The notes under the pieces were generated by a model. That model was not told the DNA's origin, did not search any database, and saw only the letters and a program-made list of their open reading frames with translations. This document shows, piece after piece, positions 1 through 12,380 of a stretch of DNA of 64,000 nucleotides (position 1 is its first letter; each line of letters opens with the position of its first letter). The position numbers and the translations under genes were made by a program. This stretch comes from Lingula anatina (lineage: Eukaryota > Animalia > Brachiopoda). Location: NCBI GenBank assembly GCA_051362555.1, contig CM120640.1:29779967-29843966 (forward strand), given 5' to 3'.

Positions 1-1799
1 TAGCTCAAGAAAATCTCAAGGGTTCTCAAGCAAAAATGAAAACATGGTATGATAAAGATGCTAGGAAGAGAGAGTTCAAACCAGGTGAAAAAGTACTGGT
101 ATTTTTACCTCTCAATGGTCAACATTTACAAGCCAGATATTTTGGCCCTTACGAAATTGAAAGCAAGATTAGTGATGTTAACTATGTAGTTAAGACACCA
201 GGCAGGCGAAAAGAAAAGCGAGTGTGTCATGTTAACATGTTGAAAAAGTATGTTGATAGAAGTGATTTTAAGTCAGTAGAATCTGTTTCAGCTGTGACCA
301 ATGTTAAGTCATGTACTGAAAATGAAATTGGTGTGGACACCAGTGAAAATGACTTTAATCAAAGTGCTTATTTGAAGAATTCCGAAATCCTGAGAGACCT
401 TGATGTGAAACTTGAACATTTGACCAGTCATCAGAAAGAAGAGGTTCAACGATTGATTACTGACTACCAGGATATTTTCCCTGATGTTCCAAAAAAGACG
501 AATGCTGCTCTTCATGACGTCAGTGTAGGGGATGCTCAGCCTATCAAACAGCACCCATACAGACTGAATCCAATAAAGCTTCAGTATCTGAGAAAGGAAG
601 TTCAATATATATATGCTGGAAAATGACATTATTGAACCAAGCAGTAGTGACTGGAGTTCACCATGCATTCTTGTCCCAAAGTCAGATGGAACTTATCGCT
701 TTTGCACAGATTTCCGCAAAGTAAATTCTGTTACCAAAACAGACTCCTATCCTATCCCACGAATTGATGATTGCATAGATAGAATTGGCAGTGCGAAATT
801 TGTCAGCAAATTTGACTTGCTGAAGGGTTACTGGCAAGTACCTTAACTGACAGAGCTAAAGAAATTTCAGCATTTGTGACTCCAGATGGATTGTACCAGT
901 ACAAAGTTATGCCATTCGGGATGAAGAACTCGCCGGCCACGTTTCAAAGGATGATTCATTCACTTCTGCATGATCTTAAGGGATGTGAAGCCTGTATTGA
1001 TGATGTCATTATCTACAGTGACACCTGGAAGGAGCATCTCCAGATTATGCGTGAATTCTTCAACATACTGGTGAAAGCAAATCTCATTGTGAACCTGGCA
1101 AAGAGTGAATTTTGTCAGGCTACTGTAGAGTATTTAGGTCACAGAGTGGGTCAGGGTTTAAGTACACCTATCATGGCTAAAGTAGAAGCCATCTCAGAGT
1201 TTCCAGTTCCTACCAACAAGAAAGAATTGATGAGATTTCTAGGTATGGCAGGATTTTACAGAAAATTTTGCCCAAATTTTTCCTCTGTTGTTAGTCCACT
1301 TACTAACCTCTTTAAAAAGAGGGTGATATTTAATTGGACAAAGGACTGTGATGAGTCCTTCAGGAAAATTAAGGCAATCTTTATGAGTAGTCCAGTTTTG
1401 TCAGCTCCAGATTTTGAGAGGCAATTTAAACTTGCTGTTGATGCTAGTGATGTAGGAATAGGAGCTGCTTTATTCCAGGAAAATGATGACAATGTAGATT
1501 GAGTTGTTTCTTACTTTTCAAAGAAACTTACAAAATGTCAGAAAAACTATTCTACTATTGAGAAAGAATGTCTTGCTTTGTTGTTAGCTTTACAACACTT
1601 TGATGTGTATTTGAATGTTACTTTACATCCTATTCTTGTCTACACAGACCATAATCCACTCACATTTTTGCACAAAATGTCAAATAAGAATCAGAGACTG
1701 ACAAGGTGGAGTTTGTTGTTACAAGAGTATGATATTGTTATTAAACATATTAAGGGCAAAAACAATGTCATTGCAGATGCCCTTTCAAGAGTGTCATAA
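1..1799 (+). pseudogene. pol: Gmr1-like Ty3/Gypsy pol remnant (integrase C-terminus, RT, RNase H)
   Basis: GPY/F integrase tail (ARYFGPY...VNYVV...CHVNMLKKY) lies upstream of RT (WSSPCILVPKSDG, DFRKVN, YPIPRID, DLLKGYWQ, MPFGMKNSPATFQR, YxDD degraded to CIDD) and RNase H (DASDVGIGA, YTDHNPL, NVIADALSR). Frameshifts near 612 and 845, stop at 1500. Confidence 0.95.
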
Positions 1800-1874
1800 T
1801 TGGACATATATATGCATTATTTAGAGTGTAAAATTTAAGTTTTCATTGATATTCAAACTTTTTAAGGGGAGAGG

Positions 1875-2327
1875 TGTTGTGTATAAGTAGGTCAGCTTAT
1901 GACGTCACCATATCGCGAGAGCATGAGTATCTCGAGAGCGTTAGTTTAGAGAGACGCTGGAGTATGAACGGATAGGAGACTGAGTTTTGTTTTGGGACTT
2001 TTGAAGGAGAATATTTTTATTTGGAACCTATATACCACTGAACCGACACTCATATTTTCTACTGGAACTTGCATCATAATTACTGTGGGATTTCATCGGA
2101 CACTTTCACTGAACTTTGAGCCGATTCATCTCCATTCAATCTCCAGTCGACGGATTCACATCGGACTTTCACACAGGACACTTCATGCTTTCAGATAGGT
2201 TTATTTGTGTATTAAGAATAGCTTATTGTTATTGTCATTAGTTTATTTAGTTTTAATAAAATATTAAAACTTCTTTAAATCTTTTGTCATTGATTTTTGC
2301 TGGCATTGGGTACTCTGACCCGTAACA
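1875..2327 (+). mobile_element. 3' LTR of the Gmr1-like element
   Basis: Polypurine tract AAGGGGAGAGG ends at 1874; TGTT...AACA termini; AATAAA at 2255; followed by a (CA)n tract. Confidence 0.88.
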
Positions 2328-2345
2328 ACACACACACACACACAC

Positions 2346-2537
2346 TTGGCACGGGGTTTAGGGCCCTTCAGAGGGCCCTGAAAAATTCTGGTATTTTAGA
2401 GGGCGAACAGTGCCATGCATTTGGTACAGTTTAGAACTATGATTCAGCTCGTCAAAATTCTAATTTTAAGAGGAGACCAGAAATCGTAAGGGGGGGGTCA
2501 GGACCCTCCCTGACCCCACCCTCTAAATCTGCCACTG
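2346..2537. mobile_element. hAT-like MITE remnant
   Basis: Ends in CTCTAAATCTGCCACTG; a related copy at ~33575-33957 ends in CTCTAAATCCGCCACTG and shares TTTGGxACxGTTTAGAACTA and CAGCTxGTCAAAATT. Confidence 0.55.
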
Positions 2538-3018
2538 TAATATATGCTATACAGATAACACATTTCAAGGAAAATTGGCAGGCTTGTTGTCGTCAAACTT
2601 GCAGGACTGAAGGACTGATCAATAGTATTTTCACAGCCAAGAAAAGGACACAACACTTCCTCAGATTTTCTGCCTGTTTATTGAACCTAATTAATCCCAC
2701 CAGTATAGCTACAACGCCTACTACTGCTCCTGCTGTTACTGGAGGGCTGTGGGAGACCCTCCATTTATTATGGTCTACACATAATACCACTATTGAGAAC
2801 TAAATACAATTTACATAAAACAATTAAAATTCCGGTATACGTATAATAATGCCATCAGAAGTAAATGCAGTTCTGTCTTCAACATATAAATATTTATGAT
2901 AATTTCAGAGCCAGACGTCTGGAGTAGTAAATGGACATACAGCGTCTGGAGTAGTAAATGGACATACAGCATGCCAGAGCTGTAAAGGCTTATTCTTATA
3001 ACATTGAGTTATGATACG
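2536..3018 (-). mobile_element. 3' LTR of the env-carrying LTR retrotransposon
   Basis: Minus-strand polypurine tract AATGGAGGGAG at ~3020-3030 downstream of env; minus-strand AATAAA at ~2676-2681; segment 2868-3016 recurs at 8788-8869 plus 10903-10975. The left boundary is uncertain because it overlaps the hAT TIR. Confidence 0.7.
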
Positions 3019-3571
3019 GCTCCCTCCATTAAAAAGTTTCGTGCCCCGAAACTATTTTAAACAGTATAAATAGTGTTAATAAAACTTGAGCTGTAGCATT
3101 ACTTTAAACTTAATATAAACATGACTTAATAAAAATATCTGTATGTGAACAAAAAAAATCTAATTATGTCTCTGACCCATTACCATTCAAGTATACCATT
3201 ATCCTGATACAAATCAACATCAAATTACAAGAAAGAAAATACATATATATGTGTGTGCGTGTATGTTTTACCTGCAAATTCTAACTACTAAACGTTATAT
3301 GATTACAATATGATCAATTCCTACATATTCTCTAAGTATATTAAGTGAATTCTTATATTGTATTACCCTATAATAATAATACAATTTCTAACTACTTAAC
3401 ATCATATGATTACAATACAATAAATTCCTACATATTCCATAAGTAAATAGTATTACCCTATAATAATAATAAAGAAAATTCTGGAACAGAGACAGTCACC
3501 AGGAGACATCAGCATGGCTGGTGGGACATATCAATCACTGATCGATGCTGATTGACCTCTACTACTGAAGG

Positions 3572-4050
3572 TTACACATTGGGCACGATACAAGTTTGTT
3601 GTATGGGTATGTAATATGTCCTCTTGTGGTGTAATGCCACAAGATGAACATCGAACGGATTTTTTGTCATTGTTTTTAACGCGAAATATTTTAGGAGACC
3701 AACCCTGACTTCAGTTGGTAGCCGATATTCAAATTTTGAGACGGAATTTTCCAATGCAATGTTTCCCCAAGCTATCTTTACCTTTGGCAAAGTAGCTAAC
3801 TGAATGTGGTCAATGATGTTGGATGGTTGACCCGATGCCTTTATATCATGGGGACAGGTGTGTAGGGCCAAAATGGGAATGGTTACACACTGTCTCCCAG
3901 TTGTTATTTCCAACGAGACCACATTCTCCCCCTGCCTCGAGCAGATATAAATTAGCACAAAAAGGGAAACCAATACTATGATCGCAATGATCGATGAAGC
4001 AGTGGGGATATATTCCACACTGATAAGGTCATTAATGGATAAGTGGAAAA
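3572..4050 (-). pseudogene. env: C-terminal part of env-like protein (hydrophobic segment plus LEITxGxxCVTIP tail)
   Basis: TM-like IIAIIVLVSLFVLIYI followed by SLEITTGRQCVTIPILALHTCP; located directly upstream of the PPT/LTR on the same strand as the env ectodomain. Confidence 0.65.
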
Positions 4051-4053
4051 CCA

Positions 4054-4340
4054 TTTTACTTTTTGGCTTGAAACTTACAAAACTGATGAATATTCATAAT
4101 CCGCAGGTCAAGTTCGAAAATCAGCATGATCGGGTCATTTTTAGGGAAGTTACGCTGTTTTTTCACTTTTCTCAGCATATATGCAACACCGATAACACGA
4201 TAAGTGAAATAACATTTTACTTTTTGGCTTGAAACTAACTGAACTGATGGATATTCATAATATGCAGGTCAAGTTCGAAAATCAGCATGATCGGGCCTTT
4301 ATTTTAGAAGTTATGCTGTTTTTTCACATTTCCTCAGATT
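4054..4340 (+). repeat. Two ~162-bp units of a HINE-type core repeat
   Basis: TTTTGGCTTGAAACT...CAGGTCAAGTTCGAAAATCAGCATGATCGGG at ~4061 and ~4223; the same core occurs at 14899-15010. Confidence 0.75.
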
Positions 4341-4729
4341 CAATTATTAGGCATGTTAACAGTCTCATTATTTAACTAATAAGATACGTAAAAGTGTTTG
4401 TTTGATATTTCCTGCATCTTTACAACATTGTTAATTGATTGTGTAAAAATGATGGTAAACTTGTTATCGTGTATTGTGAAATTAAGTGTCAAAAACGGTA
4501 ATAAACTCATCATTGCAGTTTGTCAGATTCAATCATCCAGTATGTTCAGAATCTCAGAATGGAGGAAATTGGACATTAAACACTATTCTATTGATATTTT
4601 TCCCATCTCATCAATTTTCTTAGTTGGTCATATAAAAATGGCAACAAACTGTTTATTTTGTTTTATGTTAAAAAAATGTTAAAAATGGAAATAAACCCAT
4701 TTCAGAACAGTGCTGTCTTGTTTACATTT

Positions 4730-6320
4730 TGGCATTTTTAAGATGTGACTTTGAAGTTTCATGAGCCTGCAGACCTTTGCTAATCACATTTTCTGAATAT
4801 CCATGATACTAATATTTTATGATTAAAAATTGATGGTCATTATGCTGTTAAACATTATGTAATATTGCATCAAAATTTGAAGAAACCCCTATTTTGGGCA
4901 CTGCTCCCATGATGACCATTTAAGAAAAACCATGTCACTTACTCAGTTACTGTTTTCAAACTTACAGGAAAGAAACATAGGGCTAAAATACAGCTTCAGT
5001 AGGCAATGCAGTCTGTTTGGTAATTTTTTCTGGCAGTTAAACAGTTTTTTGTGAAAATTTAATTTTTCACATATTGGCAATTTCAAGGTGTGACTTTGAA
5101 GTTCCATGAGCCTGCAGACCTTTGCTAGTCACGTTTTCTGAATGTTCATGTTACTAATATTCTATTATTAAAAATTGATGGTCATTATGCTGTTAAACAT
5201 TAAGTAATATTGCATCAAAATTTGAAGAAACCCCTATTTTGGGCACTGCTCTCATAATGACCATTTAACAAAAATCATGTCAATTACCGTTCTCAAACTT
5301 ACAGGAAAGAAACATGGGTCTAAAATACAGCTTCAGTTGGCAATGCAGTCTGTTTGGTAATTTTTTCTGGCAGTTAAACAGTTTTTTGTGAAAATTTAAT
5401 TTTTCACTTATTGGCATTTTCAAGGTGTGACTTTGATGTTCCATGATCCTGAAGACCTTTGCTTGTCACGTTTTCTGAATGTCCATGTTACTAATATTCT
5501 ATTATTAAAAATTGATGGTCATTACGCTGTTAAGCATTATGTAATATTGCATCAAAATAGAAGAAAACACAATTTTTGGTGCTGCTGCTATGATGAGCAT
5601 TATGGGAAAACCGTGTTATGACTGTCAAACCTTTAAAAAAGAAACACAGGACTATGACTGTCAAACCTTTAAAAAAGAAACACAGGACCAAAATGCAGAA
5701 TGAGTTGGAAAAGCAGTCTAATTGGCTTCTTTTTCTGGAAGTTATACATTTGAGTGAAATATTCATTATCTTTTTGGCATATTCATTGTGGGACTCGGAG
5801 CTCCCATGGACATGAAGCCGAATGGTAATCAAATTTTCTACATGTCCATTCTATTTATTGTCAATAATCAAAGATTGGTGATAATTATTCTATAATTTAT
5901 TATGTAATGTTACATCAAAATTGACAACAATATTTTTGCATTGCTACTGCAAACATTATGAAAAGAAAACTGTGTTACTTATTATTATTTTTAACTTACA
6001 AGTATGATTTTTAGGATTGGCATGCAGTTCAAATTAGAAAGCCAGGTCAATTGGGTTATCATTTATTAATGAATTTATGCAATTTTGTGTGAAATTTTCA
6101 TTTTTCTCATTCTGGCACTTTCTAAGTATAAACTTGAACTCTGATGGGCCTGAAGCCTTATGCTTTTACTTTCGTCGTTGTTACCTGTTGTGCATAATTA
6201 AAATTTGATGTTGACTGTGCAGTAAAACATAATGTATTATTGCATCAGAATTGGTAGTCTCCTATTTTGTGCATTATTGTTTTGTGCTTTTCTTAAGATG
6301 TGACTTATGGGCCTGAAAGA
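4730..6320 (+). repeat. Old ~340-bp tandem repeat, about 5 copies
   Basis: Unit head TGGCAtTTTcAAGgTGTGACTTTGAA recurs at ~4730, 5075, 5412, 5774 and 6113; further decayed units at ~7040-7390, 11360, 14317 and 14664. Confidence 0.85.
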
Positions 6321-6514
6321 CCTTTGAGAGGGTCAGTCTGTTAATATCCCTTGGGTATCACTTAGCTAATTTCTGAGTTATAAAGTCATTTGCCTAATTG
6401 ATAGGCCATTAAAGGAGATTACATAAAGCACACTTGTTGATATTTCCTTGTAAACTCCCAAAAGTTAAGCTCTCTGCTAGTTAATATTAAGGAAGCAGTG
6501 ATAATTATGCAGGT

Positions 6515-6517
<3 letters not shown>

Positions 6518-6574
<57 letters not shown>
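6518..6574. repeat. (TA)n microsatellite
   Basis: Direct inspection. Confidence 0.98.
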
Positions 6575-6577
<3 letters not shown>

Positions 6578-6618
6578 CAAAGATTAAAAGTTTGAATAGC
6601 AGCTTCATTGAAATTATA

Positions 6619-6851
6619 TTTACCTCAGGCTCTGCCTAGGAGGTTATATTTTCACCCCTGTTTGTCTGTCATCAACATAACTCAAAAAGTTATGGACCGA
6701 TTTTGCTGAAATTTTCAGGAACTGTCAGAATTGGGCCAAAGAGGACAATGATTAGTTTTTAGTGGTAGTCTGGCTCAATAATCAATCAATAATCAACAAT
6801 AATCAACAATTGCTGCCTTGGCAGAGGTCTTCACTCTCGGTGGTTTTCTAG
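6619..6851 (+). mobile_element. Short Helentron-associated (HINE/DINE-1-like) element
   Basis: 5' TTACCTC...CCTAGGAGGTTA inverted repeat, TGTTTGTCTGT tract, AACTCAAAAAGTTATGGA core, 3' CCTTGGCAGAGGT subTIR, CTAG-TT end. Confidence 0.7.
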
Positions 6852-7389
6852 TTTTGTTATGTTTTCCTTTACAATTTTTTCTCAAACACTTGCATTTGTG
6901 ACTTTTAACTCTCATCCACTCGAGGCTCTGCACATTTTCTGTATTTCCACATAAGCAATTGTATTGTTTTTTATGTCTTTAAACATGATATAAAATTATT
7001 TTATGCGCTGTCATCATTTTTCAAATATTGAGACTTTCATCATGTGACTATAGTCTCTCATGGGACTTGAAACTGTAATCTTATTGAAGGGGTGGATTGA
7101 GACCATCTTCTGGGTCTTCTTGAAGACAGGTTATTCAGTTTATATTGACTGGTATCTAGTTTTTTCTGTTGGAAGACCATTAAAATGGAGGATGGATCAA
7201 CATAGATACTTTGGAATACTGTCAGAAAATATCTCAGGGTCCGCTCCTGTTATTGACCATGTTACCTGTTGTGCATGATTAAAATTCAGTGTTGACTGAC
7301 AGTGCTATTATGAGCATTATTTATTATTGCATCAAAATTGACAAAATGACCTTTTTTTGCATCTTTATTTTCTGTTTTTTGCCTGTACA

Positions 7390-8785
7390 TTTGACAGCTT
7401 TGCTGCCTTGTTCTAGATTTAGGTTTAGTTTGTGATCTTTTGCCAAAAATTGTGAAAATTTGCCTTTGAAAATCTTTATTTCCGGGATCACAATCTCAAG
7501 TGTTGTATTAAAAAGGGTGTGACCAAAGATGTTCTGAAAGTAAGAGTCATTGAAGAAGTGCTGGAGTAGCGCTAAGTTAATAGGAAAAGTTACGTTTGGT
7601 GCAGTGTCTTTAGTCACGCATTCTAGGCTAGATGGGATAAACCTGTTGAGATACTTAACACCGCAGTCACACGGGATTTGATGAACGCAGAAGTGACAAC
7701 CTTCTTTTACTGTTTGAGAATCCAGGCACTGCAAGGTGTAATTTTGAATTTTTACGAGAAGTGCTCGGTTGTGTGAAATTTGGTATATTTTGGAGGTTAT
7801 TGATTCCGGAATTAATCTGAAATTACATTCTTGTTTGATGTTCTCTCTATCATTATTGAAAAGGGATATCAGGCAGTGTTTTTCGTACAAAATCTGAACG
7901 TTTTGCGCATCGCAAATTCTAATCTTTGAACAGACACAAGCCTTCCATTTGGCTTCTGAAAACAGGAAATGCTTCTAGCCATCGTCTGATTTTCCAAAAT
8001 ATTGGGGAATGTGAATTAGCTTAGTTGCATGATCGCTAGAGGAATTTATGGGTATGGGGAAGGTTCTTACGTTATAGAGGTTAAATTTAGTGGTAAAGGA
8101 TGTGAGCGGGACTTTTAGAGTTATCACCAATGAGTCATTAAAATAGTGGACTGAAAATTTGGCAAACTTGTAGTAGAATGCGGATTCCGGCCTCGCCACC
8201 CTATAACCATTCAGGTGACTTTGAATGTTTTGGAGGGACTTTTCTAAAACTACTGGAGGAATGATGAGAGGTGAGAGTTTGCCATGAATGAGATCATTGA
8301 TACCAATTAATATGTTTTCTATTTCCAATTTGAGCTTAGAAGCAATGTTATTCTGCCACATTAACTTAAAGACCATTTTCATCATAATTACCATTTCCTT
8401 TTCTACTGACCTTAAATCACCACCCAAGGCTATTCCCAGATCGTGATTATCCCTTATACCTCTAACTAGGTTTTCTAACTTCTCATTTTGCCCATTGTGT
8501 ACTGAACCAAAACGATGAGTTAATTTCTCAAAAGCTACCATTGCTGTTTGTTGTCGTCGTTGGATTGCATTAATGTGGTTTATCACCCTGTTTAACTGCT
8601 GGTCAGTGGCCACCCCAAAAAGTGAGTGCGCCGCCTGACCAAGAAACGGAAGTAGTGACCTTTTTTGACGTAACAAAGTTTTCAACATGATCTCCTGGAC
8701 TTGTTGTTGTAGATCTCCGAGTTGTCTGGCACTATCGACATACAGTTTCCGGGACTCATCGAGTGCAAACTCAATGGTCCTGCAT
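7390..8785 (-). pseudogene. env: env-like class I fusion protein ectodomain (F/errantivirus-env-like architecture)
   Basis: Furin site RQKR at 8659-8670, fusion peptide SLLPFLGQAAHSLFGVAT, heptad region, G.LSP.IIPP motif, Cys cluster (GCHFCVHQIPCDC), several N-x-S/T sequons. ORFs 7975-8688 and 7324-7890 share one frame split by a single TAG at 7975-7977. Confidence 0.85.
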
Positions 8786-8787
8786 GT

Positions 8788-10975
8788 AGTTCTGTCTTCA
8801 ACATATAAATATTTATGATAATTTCAGAGCCAGACGTCTGGAGAAGTAAATGGACATACAGCGTCTGGACAAGAAGTTATAATGAGAAGGATTAGAAACG
8901 GGACATCAATTATCTCTCTCGTCCAATCAGATCGCAGCATTCTTTTCAAAGCGGCGTCCTTTGAAATTCGATCCTCGTAACTGGTCTAATCCTCCGCTCG
9001 CCTCCGCGTGACTCAAGACGGAGAAGCTGAACCAGTGCGTATACGTCTTGATTTATTCATGTTTAATGCGAATATTTGGAAGTTATACTTAGAAAAACGC
9101 CAAGTCGATCGATATAAAGGTGAGTGAGAGTTGATAATCTGCTTTGAGCATTGTTTTATGTTCATACGGTGGCTGTCAGTCAAATTTGTCAGTGCAGAAA
9201 GCAGCGTTAGCTCGAAGATCTGAGGCCGATTCAGCGGGACCTCCATGTTTAGGACTTTTTTCTTCTTAAGTGCGTAATGTATGCACATAATTTATGTTTT
9301 TCTGGTTAGTTAAGCACGTGCACCATTACAATACATCATTGTGATATTAAATGAGTCAATCCTTTAGATGAAAAACATCGTTTCAAATAGACAACTTTTC
9401 ATCCGACTTTTTCAAAATGGCGGGTCCCTAAATTGGTTAGAGACAGTTGGGTGACAGTTTGGGACAATTTTTGGTAATTTTAACGTGGTGTATGCATATA
9501 ATTTATGTTTTTCTGGTTAGTTAAGCACGTGCATCATTACAATACATCACTTTGGTATTAAATAAATCAATCCTTTAGATGAAAAACATCGTTTCAAATA
9601 GACAACTTTTCATCGGACTTTTTTCAAAATGGTGGGTCCAAAATTTGATGACAGGGAACTCTCAGAATTTTTTTCAATTTTTTATTGCAATATGATGTTT
9701 GCAGAGTTTCGTTTAGGATATAGAGTTATATTTTGTAATGAATTCCGCACTTACTCATTTCAGGTTGAAGAGAATGCAGGTGAAAGATCTTAAGTTTTGC
9801 TGGCAGATGTACATGTAGCCATAATTGAACAGTCAAAATGATTGTTTCCAGCAGCAACTTGATGAGGCACAAGGCTCTGTTTTCTTACCACCACTAATAT
9901 TAAACTATAGTGCACAAGAGGTGCAAGTTTTAAAAGGGAATTTAGTGGTCCAAGTTTTAAAAGGGAATTTAGTGTTCACTGGCTAATTGTCTAAAGTATA
10001 AAATAAAATAATCACCACATCAAAATAAAAACTAACCATTTTTGTATTGCTTTAATCACTGTTGGGTGTAACAATATTGACATATTTTCATTGCTGGTAC
10101 TTTGTTTTAGATATTATACAAGTTGCTCGAATGTTGAAATAAAGCAATATCAATCAATAAAAATATTTCTTTGATTTTTTCTTCTAATGAATTTAAACTA
10201 TTAGTCCACTATTAGTTGGCCCTATGTAATAAACAAAGATATAAACAAAAATATGTATTAATGAAATTTTATTTAGAATCATACTAAGTGCAATAACTTA
10301 TTTTCATTTCCCCAATTTTCCTGTTTAAGCTCTACCTGGTATATAAGCAATAATGTGCCAAAAAAGAAAGAAACGAGGCTGGCATACGGAAATTGCAAGT
10401 ACTACTGTTTTGTGTATACGGCTGTGAATTGAATGTGTCATTCCTAGATGAAAGTAAATTTCCTTTACACGACAAAAAGAATTTAAAATAAATATGAGAA
10501 TTCTACAGGTGCAAATTTTAGCGTTGAAGGTGGGTTTGTGAAATTGTTCTCATACATTCTTGATGTGAAACTAATTTTTGTATAACTGATCGGCTCTAGA
10601 TCAAATGAAGGTGTATCTCGCATGATTTGAGTTTTATTTCCCAAAATGGTTGCGTTTAGGCTTGAAATCTCTCTCTACACCTTTCTGTAATCCCACCATG
10701 TTTTCTCTGTGAGATTATTAGAGACTTCGCGAGGCTTTATCCCAATTGGCTGAAGCAACCCACGTGAACGGTCTTTTGAATATGTATTAGGCACAAGCTC
10801 TCCCTAAGACCACAAGCTGGGTAATTATTAGGATTAAGCCCGTTACGAGGATAGGATGAAAGGAAACCCCTTGTTTCTACTCCTTCTCTTTATAACTTCT
10901 TGGTCTGGAGTAGTAAATGGACATACAGCATGCCAGAGCTGTAAAGGCTTATTCTTATAACATTGAGTTATGATA
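8788..10975 (-). mobile_element. Truncated second LTR copy (8788-8869 plus 10903-10975), split by a DNA transposon
   Basis: Near-identical to 2868-3016 once the insertion is removed. Confidence 0.8.
8870..10902. mobile_element. Non-autonomous TIR transposon, P-element-like
   Basis: 30-bp TIRs CAAGAAGTTATAAwGAGAAGGAkTAGAAAC (2 mismatches); 7-bp TSD GTCTGGA at 8863-8869 and 10903-10909; empty site at 2944-2950; internal ~211-bp duplication at 9281/9492. Confidence 0.85.
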
Positions 10976-12380
10976 GTATCAATATACAGGATGAATCTGG
11001 AAATTGGCTTGATGGGATCATTTTTCTTGAATTTATGTGCTTTTTGTTTTATTTTTCAACATATAGTATATGGCATAAAGATAACACCTTTCATAAAAAC
11101 TTAAAGGACTGACAAATGTGACTTAGATACAGGTTGAATATCAAAACCAGCTTCATCAGAGTTTTTTTTTTAAAGTGATGCGTTTTTTTTTTTTCAGTAT
11201 GTATTATTCTTATTCTTCAAACTTTCAGGACTGAAAAATAAGACTTAGATACAACTGGCATTTTAAAACCAGTCTGATCGTATACCAGTACTTTTTTTGT
11301 TGTTGTAATTAAAGGAGTTTGTGTGTATGTGTGTGGAAAATTTAATTTTTTTTTCATCATGGTAATTTCAAAGTATGCCTTTGAACTTCAATGGGCCTAA
11401 AGACTTTTGCTAGTCTCATTTCTAAATACCTATCATCTGCAGTACAACATTGAAATTGGTGGTGATTATAAGCATTATGTATGTAGTATTGCATCAAACT
11501 TGAAGAAAACCCTATTTTGGGCACTGTCGCAGTAATGACAATTTAAAGTAAACCAGATACTTACAATTCTCAAACCTACAGAAAAGAATGGTAGGACTGA
11601 AATACAGCTTGTGACCATAAATACAATAAAAAGAAAACGGTGTGACTTATTTTGGAACTTATAAAAAAGATACATAGAATTGATGTTTGTTTTATTTTGT
11701 TTGTTGCCCCAGTTATGCTTTACAATGTTTAACTTTAATTACTGTTATGATGTTTTTAGACATCCCCCGTCCCAATACAATACAATATAGTTTATTTCAT
11801 GTCAGAAAGAATAAATGTACAAACATTAGCTGAGTAGCTATTCACCAACAGAATAAATTAAATAATGATATAGTGTTTACTACTATTGTTTCTAACTACT
11901 TCTGTTGATTGAAATTACAACAGGAAAATAAGGCCTATAGCAGCTGCCATAGTATGATACATTATTATAGTGGGTAATTAATTAAGTTTACATTGAGACA
12001 TCATCATTTCAGTGCAAATTTATCATTTACTGTATATGTTGCAGAGATTACACTTGCACTTAGGTCCTTCCCATTTTTTAATCATTGTTTTCACTTCATT
12101 CAGACTAACACAAGCTTTTGGGTATTTTGTGGCTTTGAGGTTAAGCATGTTTTTGAAGTGGTTGTGACAATTTCCTTGATAAGTTTAAAACAAGTTTTAT
12201 TTTTTGTTGTGTCACAATAAAGACTTCTCTGACATCTATTAATAGTAAATTAAAGTATATACATTAGGAGTGCATGCTGAGCTAGATGTAATTGGATAAA
12301 AAGTTTGCTGTTATAATATAAAGAGAAGGGGAGGTGGTGAACAATGCTAATTGAAAGCTAATTAACATTTGATAGCATCT

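Noticed and set aside
4730-6320. Common origin of the 340-bp and 195-bp satellites
   Set aside because: Only short AT-rich words (for example AATTTTCACAAA on the opposite strand) are shared; not convincing by eye.
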